Source of the DNA: an uncultured Bacilli bacterium
GTDB taxonomy: Bacteria > Bacillota_I > Bacilli_A > RF39 > UBA660
DNA: 64,000 nt
Direction: 5' to 3'
Assembly (NCBI GenBank): GCA_947626095.1
Contig: CANQQV010000002.1
Location: 32,001-96,000, forward strand
Positions 17,615 through 28,521 of the stretch are shown here, in pieces. The translations under genes were made by a program, and so were the position numbers. The notes beneath the pieces were generated by a model. The model searched no databases. It was not told the DNA's origin and saw nothing but the letters and a program-made list of their open reading frames with translations. How positions within the stretch are numbered: the first letter of the stretch is position 1; the number at the start of each line of letters is the position of its first letter.

Positions 17615-19282
17615 TTATTCGCTGTATTCAGTACCATACATATCAATATCAGTTATTTTAGTTGGTTCATAAACAGTTCCAGTAAACCAAATTTCACCAG
17701 TCTTTTTATCTCTTACTAAGAACATAAATGGTTGATTAAAAGTTAAATCAATATTTTCAATTGGAACTTTATATAAATAATCAAAATAACAATCAGCAGC
17801 ACCTTTACCACCGACCATTGTAGCAGCGGCAGCTTTAATACCATCATTAGAGAATTCAATATTAGCTTTATGAATAGCAGTATCAATGTAAGTTCCTTTT
17901 GATGAAGTAAGTTTTGATAAATCAGCTTTACTACGATCAAAGGCATCAGTAATACCCATTTTCTTTAAATCGTTTAATAAAGCTAATTCATATTCAAGAT
18001 TAAAGACAGGAATATTACCAGTAATATTACTTATTTTACCATCAGTATAACTTTCAATTTTAGATGCATCTTTTAAATTAGCAATTATTTCATCGATTTT
18101 TTTAGAACTTATATTACTAATGTATTTATCTAATGAATCTTTAATTGGCATTATTCCAACATATTCTAAAGTAGTACCATCATACTCTTTTAAATCTTTA
18201 GCAAATACTTTAATACTATCATCAACATAGAAATAGAAGTCAGTAGAACTACTTACTTGGCCATAACTAGTACTTACTTCTTTAATATATTGATTAACAT
18301 AACTATCGATTGGTTCATAATCATAAGAACTACCACATTCTTTATCATTATAGAATTTACCATATTCTTTAGTTATATTATCTCTGATACTCTTTTCTGT
18401 TAAATCTTTAATAATATCATAACGGTTGGCAGCAGAAGCAATTTCAACAGATTTAACATCATAATCAACATTAGAGAATTTTAATGGTGTATAACCCATT
18501 TCATTATTTAAAGCTGTAACGCCAGTATAAAAATCTTCGTGTGGATAATGAACATCATAATCTTCAGTTTCACTTTGGATCTTATTAACCCATTCCATAT
18601 CAATGGCTAAAGCATTAATTAAAACAAAATCTTTATCACTGATATTATCAACTAAGTTAGGTATTAAATTAAAAGTATTATCACTAACCCATTTATTAAC
18701 ATTAGTTGGACTAGTAAATGGATCATAGAATACTTGAGCATTAAATTTATCTTCTAAAGTAGTGGTATAAGCAGCTTCTATATCATTTTTATATGATTCA
18801 CGAATGAACATAGCATTAGCTAAGGACATATTTTTACTATTAATATATTTAGTATTTTTATAATCTCCTATTACAGCGCTAATTTGAGCTTTGGTTTCAC
18901 CATCAGTTCCTTCATTTAGCATAGCTAGCGCATACTTAATAGATAAAGGACTATAAACTTTATTTTTTAAAGTATTTTCTTCTCTTAAGAAAAATAAGTC
19001 AAAATCAGATAAACTATTACCACTCATTTTATATTCTGAATTAATAACGATGTTCTCTTCATTTGAATCATCTTTCTTTTCATCTTTTTCTTGGCTATTA
19101 AACATTGAGATAGCTCCAACAGAAATAATACCAACGGCTACAACAACAACGAGAAGGCCGATGATTATAGCAATTTTATTTTTCTTTTTTTCAGGTACAG
19201 CAGGAGTTTGAACACTATTATCTTGTGATTGAACTTCAACTTGGCCTTGATTTTCTTCTAGATTTTTATTTTCTTCTTTCAT
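17615..19282 (-). CDS. membrane-anchored serpin
   Basis: N-terminal TM, VYSPLSIKYALAML, INALAIDMEW, hinge GIKAAAAT, FNQPFMFLVRD...FTG. Confidence 0.92.
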   Translation of the reverse strand: MKEENKNLEENQGQVEVQSQDNSVQTPAVPEKKKNKIAIIIGLLVVVVAVGIISVGAISMFNSQEKDEKKDDSNEENIVINSEYKMSGNSLSDFDLFFLREENTLKNKVYSPLSIKYALAMLNEGTDGETKAQISAVIGDYKNTKYINSKNMSLANAMFIRESYKNDIEAAYTTTLEDKFNAQVFYDPFTSPTNVNKWVSDNTFNLIPNLVDNISDKDFVLINALAIDMEWVNKIQSETEDYDVHYPHEDFYTGVTALNNEMGYTPLKFSNVDYDVKSVEIASAANRYDIIKDLTEKSIRDNITKEYGKFYNDKECGSSYDYEPIDSYVNQYIKEVSTSYGQVSSSTDFYFYVDDSIKVFAKDLKEYDGTTLEYVGIMPIKDSLDKYISNISSKKIDEIIANLKDASKIESYTDGKISNITGNIPVFNLEYELALLNDLKKMGITDAFDRSKADLSKLTSSKGTYIDTAIHKANIEFSNDGIKAAAATMVGGKGAADCYFDYLYKVPIENIDLTFNQPFMFLVRDKKTGEIWFTGTVYEPTKITDIDMYGTEYSE

Positions 19283-19378
19283 AACACACCTCTTTACTAT
19301 TTATAGTTTAACACTTTGAAATATGAATTACAATATTGCAAATATTAAGTATTAAAAAAAGTGATTTTGGAATAAAAA

Positions 19379-22300
19379 TCACTTCTTAGATTTTTTGATA
19401 AAGAATCGATCAAATGCTGAAATAATAGCTGGTAAAAGTAAAAGTATTAAGACAGCAGAACAGAACGAACCCATCGAAATAGATAGACATATTTTAGCCG
19501 TAATAGCTTCAGATAAACCACCGACGATTAAGGTTGATAAAACTAAGATTGAAGCACTAGTTAAAATAGTATGAATTGAATGGTTGTAAGCATTAATTAT
19601 CGAAGTTACAATATCATTTTTATGGCGTTCTTCTAAGTAGTATGAAGTATAAACAATGGCATAATCAATGGTCGCACCCATTAAGATACTTTGAACTATG
19701 AGGATTGAGATAAAGTATACGTCACCAGTAAATGTTAAGATACCCATCGTTAAGAAGATAGCACATTGAATAATTAAGACTAAGGTTATTGGAATTAAAA
19801 CGGATTTAAAGGTAACAGCGACAACAACAAAGATAAAGACAATTGTTAAAACTGTTATTAAGTTTAATTCACCTTGGAAAGTATTACTCATTTCATGAGC
19901 CATTGCTGAATCGCCAACAACATAAGCTTCTTTAGTATCTTTAAGTTCTTCTTTTAAGTTGTCAATAAAGTTAAAAGTATCTTCACCTTCAGGAGCATAT
20001 GTTGTATTTAATACCATACGGGAATAATCTTTACTTACTAATAATTCTTTAGCATCAGTAACAAACTCTTTAGCGTCAGTTATTTCATCTTTTCGTTCAG
20101 CAGAAATAAAATCAGCGAATCGTTCATCATTTAAAATATTATCATTTAAGTAGTTAACAAATTCTTCAATAGTTAAAGTATATTCATTATTAAATTCGTT
20201 TTCACTACCATAATAGATATAAATTAAATCAAATAGATTTTTATCTAAGTTATTAGCTAAAGCAGATAATGCTTTGTATATTTCATCTTTATTATACTTT
20301 TTATTATTTACAGTATTATTAATAATAGTATTTAATGCTTTTAATTTAGTTTTATTATCTTTAGTAAATGATGAACTATAATTTTTATCATTCATTAAAG
20401 TACCAGTCAAAATTTTAACAAATTCTCGAGAAGACATATTGATTTTTACTTTATTTATTTGAACATCATATAAAGAATATATTAAATTTAAATTATCATT
20501 CTTAAGACCAAGTAATTCTTTTAATTCTTGATAAGTATATTTAGTATTATTTAAAGTACTATTAATTATTGTTTTAAGAAGGGTTAACTCGCTAATAGTA
20601 TTTTCATCAATTTGACCTTGTAAAGCACTATCATCTTGGTGTTTTAAAATAAAGTTTATAAATTCTAATGGCGTTAAAGAAACAGTATTATTAAAGTATA
20701 AAGCATAAATACCTTTAGTTGTTGATGAACTTATACCAAGTAAACTAGCTATTTCAGAATAGGAATATGTTGTGTTGTTTAAGGCGCTATCCATAATGGT
20801 TTTGGCAAGAGTAAGTTTGGCACTCTGTTCAGGAGTTAATGGTAATGTGTTAGCAGAGTTCATATATGAAATAAGCTTTATTATGTTATATGGTGTTATT
20901 GGCTGATTAGTCATTTCTGGCGGTAATTTTACAACATAATTTAACATACTAAGTCCATATTCTTTTATATTATTAGCAATATTTTCCTTTTGCATTAAGC
21001 CACCGCTCATTTTAGAAGCTATATCAAGTAACTCATCATTTGTCATTCCAGTTAATGAATTAATAAATGCAAGAGCTTCTTCATCAGTCATTTCTTTAGT
21101 AATATACGTTTTATCTGTTAAGGTATTTAATAAAGCTAATTGGTTTTTATCAATCATGTTACTGTATGATGGGTCATTAATTAAGTAGTTATTAACATAG
21201 GAAGTGAAAGTACTTAAAGTCATTTCATTAGGTATATCACTATTTAATAAATAGTAAGTATATAAATCTAAAGTTGTACTTGAATCTAAGTTAAATAAGT
21301 TAGCCATTTCATAACTAGATAGTTTTTTATTAACAGTATTTCTATTATTAAATTTAGAAATCATATCAAGATTATCTTTAGTAGTTTGATCAATAGATTT
21401 AGAATACTTAGGATCTTTTAAGACATAATCATTCATGAAATTTATAAATTCGTTTAAAGTCATTTTAGTGTTAATATTTTGGGCATGGTAATAAATGAAG
21501 ATATCATTAACTAAGTCTTTATCTAAAGATAGAAGTTCAGCTATTTCAGAAGCAGTTTTCTTTTGATTGACGTTTTTAGCTGTACTAAAGTTACTTAGAC
21601 GATCGATGTCTTTACGCATAGTTGATGTAATATTATCTTGTAATTCGTCATTATTATAAACAGTTGTTTTAATAAAGTTAATAAATTCATTTAAAGTCAT
21701 TTTATTGTTTTCTTCTGGATTATAGTAATGATAATAAATAATCTTTAGAAGATAGTCCTCTACTTCACTATCAGAACCTAGTTCATCTAATTTAGCATTA
21801 AACTTATCATAAGTTTCTGGTTCATTAATTGTGTTACTATAACATAGAACATCTTTTAGTTTATCATTATTACTTAAATTATGGCATAGTTTAGCAATTT
21901 TTTCTTCATCTTCGTTATTATAAACGACAGCCATTTGATTATTTAGTGAGAATACTTTTTCAATTTCATCAGTACCCTCTTGGGTATAAACAATGTTCAT
22001 ATTACCTTTAAAGATATAACTAAGAATAAAGATTAGAAGGAAGATACCAATAGCAACATATCTTAATTTATATGATATTTTACCGACAAGATTTAGTTTA
22101 ATAATAGGACTTTTCTTTTTTAATTTAAAGATTAATTTATCAAATAAAATAATTAAACCTGGTAAACAAGTAAAGATACTTAATAAACTTAAAACGACAC
22201 CTTTAGCTAAGGCAAAGCCTAAATCTTTACCAATTGTAAAGCTCATAAAGACTAAAGCAAGTAAACCGACAATGGTTGTTAAGGAACTACTAGAGATGGA

Positions 22301-23047
22301 ACTAAAGGCATGGTATAAAGCTTTTTTCATAGCTTTTACTTTATCTTTTTCCGTTTCACGTTCAAGACGATAACGATTCATTAACATAATAGAATAATCC
22401 ATAGATAAAGCCATTTGTAAGATTGCTACAATAGAATTAGTAATATTAGAAACAGTTGGGAAGATAATATTAGTTCCTTTGTTAATAATAACAGCTATTA
22501 AAATAGTAAAAAGAAATAAGAATGGTTCAATATATGATTCACTCATGATAATTAGGATAACTAAAGCACTTAAGACAGCTAAAACAATAACATAAAATGG
22601 TAAAACATCTTTATTACGAGAGGTAACATCACCAGAAGTAGCTTCTAAAGTATCTTCATATTTAGTAGTTACTTCATCATAGATATTAGCAGCAACTTTA
22701 GAATCAGCTTTATCATCAACACTTATAATATATAATGTATATTCATCTTTAGTTTCAATTTCGACATCTGAAACACCAGTAAGATTATTTAAATACTTTT
22801 CCGTTTCTTTTTGTTCTTCTTCGTTTAAATCTTTAAACATAATATTTAAAGTACTGGTTTCGGTATCGAAGTTTTTATTCATGATATTTAGACCTTGTTT
22901 AGTTTCAGAAGATTTAGGTAAGTATTCAGTCATATCATAGTTTATTTTTACTTTATTAGATAAGTAAAAAGATATACCTGTTAAAATAAGAAATATTATT
23001 AATAAGACATAACGAAATTTAACAATTAAATCAGTTATTTTTTTCAT
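19379..23047 (-). CDS. MMPL/RND family transporter with large repetitive extracytoplasmic insertion
   Basis: Two TM blocks with MALSMDYSI and MGATIDYAI motifs flanking a long repeat region. Confidence 0.88.
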   Translation of the reverse strand: MKKITDLIVKFRYVLLIIFLILTGISFYLSNKVKINYDMTEYLPKSSETKQGLNIMNKNFDTETSTLNIMFKDLNEEEQKETEKYLNNLTGVSDVEIETKDEYTLYIISVDDKADSKVAANIYDEVTTKYEDTLEATSGDVTSRNKDVLPFYVIVLAVLSALVILIIMSESYIEPFLFLFTILIAVIINKGTNIIFPTVSNITNSIVAILQMALSMDYSIMLMNRYRLERETEKDKVKAMKKALYHAFSSISSSSLTTIVGLLALVFMSFTIGKDLGFALAKGVVLSLLSIFTCLPGLIILFDKLIFKLKKKSPIIKLNLVGKISYKLRYVAIGIFLLIFILSYIFKGNMNIVYTQEGTDEIEKVFSLNNQMAVVYNNEDEEKIAKLCHNLSNNDKLKDVLCYSNTINEPETYDKFNAKLDELGSDSEVEDYLLKIIYYHYYNPEENNKMTLNEFINFIKTTVYNNDELQDNITSTMRKDIDRLSNFSTAKNVNQKKTASEIAELLSLDKDLVNDIFIYYHAQNINTKMTLNEFINFMNDYVLKDPKYSKSIDQTTKDNLDMISKFNNRNTVNKKLSSYEMANLFNLDSSTTLDLYTYYLLNSDIPNEMTLSTFTSYVNNYLINDPSYSNMIDKNQLALLNTLTDKTYITKEMTDEEALAFINSLTGMTNDELLDIASKMSGGLMQKENIANNIKEYGLSMLNYVVKLPPEMTNQPITPYNIIKLISYMNSANTLPLTPEQSAKLTLAKTIMDSALNNTTYSYSEIASLLGISSSTTKGIYALYFNNTVSLTPLEFINFILKHQDDSALQGQIDENTISELTLLKTIINSTLNNTKYTYQELKELLGLKNDNLNLIYSLYDVQINKVKINMSSREFVKILTGTLMNDKNYSSSFTKDNKTKLKALNTIINNTVNNKKYNKDEIYKALSALANNLDKNLFDLIYIYYGSENEFNNEYTLTIEEFVNYLNDNILNDERFADFISAERKDEITDAKEFVTDAKELLVSKDYSRMVLNTTYAPEGEDTFNFIDNLKEELKDTKEAYVVGDSAMAHEMSNTFQGELNLITVLTIVFIFVVVAVTFKSVLIPITLVLIIQCAIFLTMGILTFTGDVYFISILIVQSILMGATIDYAIVYTSYYLEERHKNDIVTSIINAYNHSIHTILTSASILVLSTLIVGGLSEAITAKICLSISMGSFCSAVLILLLLPAIISAFDRFFIKKSKK

Positions 23048-23168
23048 TTAAAGTCCCCCTCTTGTCTATATATTAATTATATTAAATTTAACTTTAGGCA
23101 ATGCTACAATAATAGCACTTTTTAGGGTTTTATGCAAATTTAAAAAGGACTTATAAGTCCTTTAGTTT

Positions 23169-23885
23169 TTATGATTGACGATTAAAGAATTTTTCAAATG
23201 TTTTTTCTTCGTCAGCTAAGATTTCAGTAGTTAATTCATCACGAGATCCTTTTTGTTTATCTGATTGACCTTCAACCATTTCCATAGCTTTACCATCTTC
23301 AACATAGATAAAATTTGGTAAGAAGATTCGCTTTTCCCCGACTTTAACTTTTTTACCTTTTTTAGTAGTTAAAGTATAGTTACTTAAGACTTTATCAAAG
23401 GCTTTTAATAAGTCTGCATAACCAGCGCCACCTTCACTTTTTAATACTGGTTTATTTTTATCATTTAATTCATATGTATCTCGTAAAGATTCAACGTGAT
23501 CATCACTCCAAGCATCAACATAATATATTTTTTCAATATCATATTTATTGGCTACTTCTAAAGCTTTTTCAATAACACTACGACACCATGGGCAATAACG
23601 AGAACCAAAGTATACATAGAATGTTTCTTTATTTTCAATCATTTTAACAATATCAGGAGCGGTAACATATTCAATTGGATTATCTTTAGGGATAGTTATA
23701 GTACGATGTTCTTGACCAGAACTATTTTTTTCACCATTTAATGCTTCATACTCTTCTTTAAATTGTTCAGCATCAGTTTGAACTGTATATTCAATAGTGC
23801 CTTTCTCTTCTTCTTTTTTAGTACAACTAACAGTTATTGTTAGGATTAAACCAATTATTAATAATAAACTTAATATTTTTTTCAT
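23169..23885 (-). CDS. thioredoxin-fold lipoprotein
   Basis: Signal peptide ending TVSC and a YFGSRYCPWCRS CxxC motif. Confidence 0.8.
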   Translation of the reverse strand: MKKILSLLLIIGLILTITVSCTKKEEEKGTIEYTVQTDAEQFKEEYEALNGEKNSSGQEHRTITIPKDNPIEYVTAPDIVKMIENKETFYVYFGSRYCPWCRSVIEKALEVANKYDIEKIYYVDAWSDDHVESLRDTYELNDKNKPVLKSEGGAGYADLLKAFDKVLSNYTLTTKKGKKVKVGEKRIFLPNFIYVEDGKAMEMVEGQSDKQKGSRDELTTEILADEEKTFEKFFNRQS

Positions 23886-23939
23886 AAATTACACCAACCT
23901 ATTTATCATTATACCTTAAATTAATATTTTGTAAATTAA

Positions 23940-24479
23940 TTATTCTTTATAGCGATAATCATAGATAAAACAAATAAGAGAAAAAATTAGTAAAATTATG
24001 ATACATATAATATTAGAAAAATTAAAGGTATTGGTTGATAATATTAAAGTTATAGCTGTATTAATTGCTAAAGAAAAAATAGCAGTAATTAATAATTCAA
24101 CAGCAGCACCTTTAAAGCCTTTATTTCTTAATTTTTGATAAACAAAAAAAGTACACCAAAGGTAAATTAAAGTTATGAGTGATGAAATACTACCAATTTT
24201 AAAAATATTAAAATTAGTAAGAAGTAAATTTAAAATAAAAAAGTATGGAATAATAAAAATAGTTAAACATATTAAACTACTAAGAAGTTTTTTCTTTTTA
24301 GGTAAGATAAGAGATGGAAGAATGATAAAATAACAAAGTAAAATACTAAATAAAACGATTAATGACCATGATAAAGTATGATTAATAAGAAAATTACATA
24401 TTAAACAAATGATAATAGTTAAAAATGAGATAGAAGAAAAAATAATTGTTATTAATTTGTTATTAATCTTTAATTTCAT
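23940..24479 (-). CDS. multi-pass membrane protein
   Basis: About six hydrophobic segments. ATG at 24479 with an AGGTGA RBS overlapping the upstream stop. Confidence 0.7.
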   Translation of the reverse strand: MKLKINNKLITIIFSSISFLTIIICLICNFLINHTLSWSLIVLFSILLCYFIILPSLILPKKKKLLSSLICLTIFIIPYFFILNLLLTNFNIFKIGSISSLITLIYLWCTFFVYQKLRNKGFKGAAVELLITAIFSLAINTAITLILSTNTFNFSNIICIIILLIFSLICFIYDYRYKE

Positions 24480-24488
24480 AAGACTCAC

Positions 24489-25025
24489 CTACTTTAATAA
24501 GTTATTAATATCTGTAAAAAGGTAAACGTTTTCTGGTATTTCTTGGTTACCAGTTTTTCGTAAATAAGTATCGATTAATCTACCACCCATATGAAGATAA
24601 AAGTTATTAGATGGATTAGGTTTTAAACAACCAATAACCATGTCTTTAAAGCCCATTTTATTTAATTCTTTAACATTGTTTAGAAAGAGTATTTTACCAT
24701 ACCCTTCTCCTTTTACTTTATTAAGTAAATAGATAGAATATATTTCACCAGTATTAGGATGTTTAGGGTCATTAGATATCCCACATGATGTCATACCTAC
24801 TGGTTCATTATTAACAAGTAATAAAAATTTCTTTTCTTGTTCTTCTGTTTTTTTCTCAAGAAACTTAGTTTGTTGACGACTTATGTATTTCTCACGATTA
24901 GTATCGATATCATTTAAGAATTCTTGATCAACAATACCGGGATAAGTCTCTAACCAAGAGTCAATATTAACATTCATATAAGCTCTAATATCTTCATAAG
25001 TTATTTCTTTAATTTGGTAATTCAT
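24489..25025 (-). CDS. GNAT family acetyltransferase
   Basis: SWLETYPGIV, GEIYSIYLL..KGEGYG and N...FYLHMGG motifs. Confidence 0.88.
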   Translation of the reverse strand: MNYQIKEITYEDIRAYMNVNIDSWLETYPGIVDQEFLNDIDTNREKYISRQQTKFLEKKTEEQEKKFLLLVNNEPVGMTSCGISNDPKHPNTGEIYSIYLLNKVKGEGYGKILFLNNVKELNKMGFKDMVIGCLKPNPSNNFYLHMGGRLIDTYLRKTGNQEIPENVYLFTDINNLLK

Positions 25026-25069
25026 AATAACACTTCCTTATTTTAAAAAAGTAAATCTGCTGATTTACT

Positions 25070-25738
25070 TTAGATAACATATAATAAAATGGCAAAGAAT
25101 TGGAAAATACTACCACCTAGAACAAAGAAATGCCAGATAGAATGCATGTATTTTACTTTACTACCAATTAGATAAAGGATAGCGCCAATGGTATAGATGA
25201 TACCACCAGTTAGTAATAAAATTAAACCAGGAGTTGCTAAATTAGCAATTAATGGTTTTAAAGAGAATAAAGCCATCCAACCCATTATAAGGTATAAAGG
25301 AAAGGCGATATAACGAAATTTTTCTAAAACAATACTATTACCAATAATACCAATAAGAGCACATAACCACATAATTATTAACATAATAGTTCCTTTTAAA
25401 CCACCGATTACTAATAATAAAAATGGTGTATAACTACCAGCTATTAGAAGGAAGATGCTACAATGATCAAAAATACGAAAAATTTTTTTAGCTTTATTTG
25501 GTTTAAAGCTATGATATAAGCAACTCATTAAATATAAAATAATTAAACTAACACCATAAATACAACTTGATACAATGGCTACAGGATTATGATGAAGACT
25601 TGAAAAAACGACACATAAAACTAAGGCAGCTATGGAAAGTAAAGCGCCTATGCCATGTGATATCGCACTAATTAATTCTTCACTTAAAGAATATTTAGGA
25701 AGCGTTATTTTTTCTTTTCTTTTATTTTTGGTTTTCAT
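25070..25738 (-). CDS. hemolysin III / TrhA (PAQR) family membrane protein
   Basis: EE..SAISHG, SCLYH, DHCSIFLLIAGSYTPF, HSIWHFFV. Confidence 0.92.
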   Translation of the reverse strand: MKTKNKRKEKITLPKYSLSEELISAISHGIGALLSIAALVLCVVFSSLHHNPVAIVSSCIYGVSLIILYLMSCLYHSFKPNKAKKIFRIFDHCSIFLLIAGSYTPFLLLVIGGLKGTIMLIIMWLCALIGIIGNSIVLEKFRYIAFPLYLIMGWMALFSLKPLIANLATPGLILLLTGGIIYTIGAILYLIGSKVKYMHSIWHFFVLGGSIFQFFAILLYVI

Positions 25739-25797
25739 TTAATCACCTATTTGTATTATATAATAAAAAAATATATTATGCTAGGCACAATATATTC

Positions 25798-26190
25798 CTA
25801 AAATTTATAAGTTATTGGTTCATGTTCAAAAGAATAAATAGTAGCAGTTACATCTTTTAGATATAAAACTTCAGTATTATCATCAGTAGCACTATACATA
25901 TCTTTCAAGTCAGGATAGTTATTAAGCATGGCTTCTTTAGCTTCGACTCGATCATCTCTTACTACTTCTCCAGATACACGAAGCCATTCACCATATTTAA
26001 AGGCACATAGTTCAACATGAGGATTCTTTTGCATTTGTTTTGAAACGTCTTTAACTTTACCAGTTTGAATATAAAGTTTATCTTCAAATAAGTTAATCGT
26101 ACCAAATGGTCTTACACGTGGTTGATTGTTATCAACAGTGGCTAAAAAGTACATACCACATTCTTTTAAAAAATCATAAGTTTCTTTCAT
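25798..26190 (-). CDS. pyridoxamine 5'-phosphate oxidase / Nim-like FMN-binding protein
   Basis: FLATVDNNQPRVRPFG...KDVSKQMQKNPHVELC. Confidence 0.88.
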   Translation of the reverse strand: MKETYDFLKECGMYFLATVDNNQPRVRPFGTINLFEDKLYIQTGKVKDVSKQMQKNPHVELCAFKYGEWLRVSGEVVRDDRVEAKEAMLNNYPDLKDMYSATDDNTEVLYLKDVTATIYSFEHEPITYKF

Positions 26191-26202
26191 ATCATCATTC
26201 CT

Positions 26203-26622
26203 TTACTTTTTATATTTTTTTAATATTTCTTTAGCAAATTTTTGGGCGTTATTTAAATCATCTTCATTTGGTCGTCCTTTGTGAACTGGACCAAATGAAC
26301 CACGACAATAAAATTCTTCTTTAGCTAAAGGAATATTTTTTTTATCTAATAATTTTTTTACTTGTTTATAAGTAGAATTAATTAAAGCAGCTGTACTAAA
26401 ATTAATAACTATTCCTACTTTAACATCAATATCATTAATAAATTTTTTAATATCATCATCAACGCCATAAGCATAAACAGAACTACCTAGAAATAAAATA
26501 TCAACATCTTCTTCTAATTTATGAGATGTGTCTTGAGCTTCAATTTTTAATTCTTTACCAATAGCGTCAGCTAGTTTTTTAGTATTTCCAGAACGAGTAT
26601 AATATCTTATTGCTATTTTCAT
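26203..26622 (-). CDS. flavodoxin family protein
   Basis: YYTRSGNTKKLA phosphate loop and a GRPNEDDL tail. Confidence 0.88.
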   Translation of the reverse strand: MKIAIRYYTRSGNTKKLADAIGKELKIEAQDTSHKLEEDVDILFLGSSVYAYGVDDDIKKFINDIDVKVGIVINFSTAALINSTYKQVKKLLDKKNIPLAKEEFYCRGSFGPVHKGRPNEDDLNNAQKFAKEILKKYKK

Positions 26623-26626
26623 TATT

Positions 26627-27502
26627 TCACTCCATTTCTTTAATAGCTATTGTAGCCGCTAGGCTACCATCACTTACAGCGGTAGTTAATTGTCTTAGTT
26701 CTTTTACTCTAACATCCCCAGCTACATATATACCTTTGGTTTTAGTATGAACACCATCTAAAGATATTATATAACCATTTTCATCTAAGTCAACGACATT
26801 AGAAAATGCTTCTGTTTGGGGTTCACCACCAATAGCAATAAATAAACCTTGAACTGATATTTTTTCATTATTTGTTGTAATACTTTCTAATTTATCTGTG
26901 CCATTTAAAGCTTTAATCGTCGCATTTAAGACAAGTTTAACATTAGGTTTATTTTTTAGTTCTTCGACATATTTAGCTTCACCTCTAAATTCATCACGAC
27001 GATGAATTAAATAAACTGTATGCGCGAGATTAGCTAAATAAAGGGCATCTTCTAAAGCAGTATTACCTCCGCCGATGACAGCTACATCTTTACCTTTAAA
27101 GAAGTTACCATCACAAGTAGCACAATAAGAAACTCCTTTACCTGTTAATTCTTCTTCATTTGGTAGATTTAATTTTTTTCTATTAGTTCCAGTGGCAATT
27201 ATAATAGATTTAACTTGATAAGTGTTTTTAGAAGTTGTTACTTCCCTATCACTAGTAATATGAGTGACTGGTTCATAAAGTATTTCGCCACCTAAATCTT
27301 TAACTTGATTATATAAATTAGTAGCAAAATCAAAACCAGAAATAGATGGAATACCAGGATAGTTTTCAATATTACTAGCATTGATTATTTGGCCACCATA
27401 ACTTTTAGCTTCTAAAATTAAGACTTTTTTATTAGCTCGTAAGGCATATAAAGCACTAGTAAGACCGGCGGGACCGGCACCAATTATTATTAAATCATAC
27501 AT
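26627..27502 (-). CDS. trxB: thioredoxin reductase
   Basis: GAGPAG, GVSYCATCDG, GGGNTA, AGDV. Confidence 0.93.
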   Translation of the reverse strand: MYDLIIIGAGPAGLTSALYALRANKKVLILEAKSYGGQIINASNIENYPGIPSISGFDFATNLYNQVKDLGGEILYEPVTHITSDREVTTSKNTYQVKSIIIATGTNRKKLNLPNEEELTGKGVSYCATCDGNFFKGKDVAVIGGGNTALEDALYLANLAHTVYLIHRRDEFRGEAKYVEELKNKPNVKLVLNATIKALNGTDKLESITTNNEKISVQGLFIAIGGEPQTEAFSNVVDLDENGYIISLDGVHTKTKGIYVAGDVRVKELRQLTTAVSDGSLAATIAIKEME

Positions 27503-27550
27503 AGTATCACCTTTTTCTAGATATATTAAAAAACTCTTAAATAAGAGTTT

Positions 27551-28426
27551 TTATTTTATTTCAATAAGTTCGTATTCTTTAGTACCAATACCTAATTCAG
27601 CAGCGGCATCAATAGTATGAGTACCATGACGAGAATTGATTCTTTCAAGTAAATGGTCACGGCCAGGATCATCAGAAGCTTTAACTAAATCAATACAAGC
27701 TTGATCAATAGCTACTGGATCAGTTGAAGCTAGAATACCAATATCTTTCATACATGGATCTTCAGCAACATTACAGCAATCACAATCTACTGACATATTA
27801 CACATAATATTTATATAAGCAATGTTATCTTTAAAATGATTAACTACAGATGAGGCAGCATCAGCCATTGATTCTAAGAATTTATCTTGATCTTGATTAA
27901 ACATATCTTCATAAGAACCATTGTTTCCACAACAATGAATAAATCTTTTGCCTTTACTTGAAGCAACACCAATAGATAGTTGTTTTAAAGCGCCACCGAA
28001 GCCACCCATTGGATGACCTTTAAAATGAGATAAAACTAACATTGAATCATAATCGTTAATATTTTTACCTACATAGTTTTTCTTAATAACTTTACCATTA
28101 GGAATTTCTAATTCAATATCACTTTCACTATCCATAATATCAACAGTAAAGTAATTACTCCATTCATGTTCTTTCATTAATTCTAAATGTTTTTCCGTTG
28201 TATCACGAGCACCATCATAAGCTGTATTGCATTCAACAACTGTACCATTTACATGTTCAATCATTGGTTTTAAAAATTCTGGACGAAGATAGTTTTGATT
28301 GCCTCTTTCACCAGAATGAACTTTAACAGCTACTTTACCTGGTAATTTACGACCTAGAGTTTCATACATTTTAATAACACTTTCTGGGGTTAATTCTCTA
28401 GTAAAATATACTTTTGCTTTTTCCAT
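27551..28426 (-). CDS. DUF362 family Fe-S protein
   Basis: VKVHSGE, ECNTAY, SHFKGH, GGALKQLSIG, CDC, DPVAIDQAC. Confidence 0.88.
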   Translation of the reverse strand: MEKAKVYFTRELTPESVIKMYETLGRKLPGKVAVKVHSGERGNQNYLRPEFLKPMIEHVNGTVVECNTAYDGARDTTEKHLELMKEHEWSNYFTVDIMDSESDIELEIPNGKVIKKNYVGKNINDYDSMLVLSHFKGHPMGGFGGALKQLSIGVASSKGKRFIHCCGNNGSYEDMFNQDQDKFLESMADAASSVVNHFKDNIAYINIMCNMSVDCDCCNVAEDPCMKDIGILASTDPVAIDQACIDLVKASDDPGRDHLLERINSRHGTHTIDAAAELGIGTKEYELIEIK

Positions 28427-28521
28427 TATATCTCTCCTTAATTTATCTATTTATACTATATCTTTTTCGATAAAGATTTGTCAATCAAAAAAAGAAAAAT
28501 ACTTAGGTTATAAGTATTCTT

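Noticed and set aside
26620-26630. Mollicute genetic code 4 (TGA=Trp)
   Set aside because: trxB ends at TGA at its expected C-terminus just before the flavodoxin start, and conserved genes are intact under code 11.
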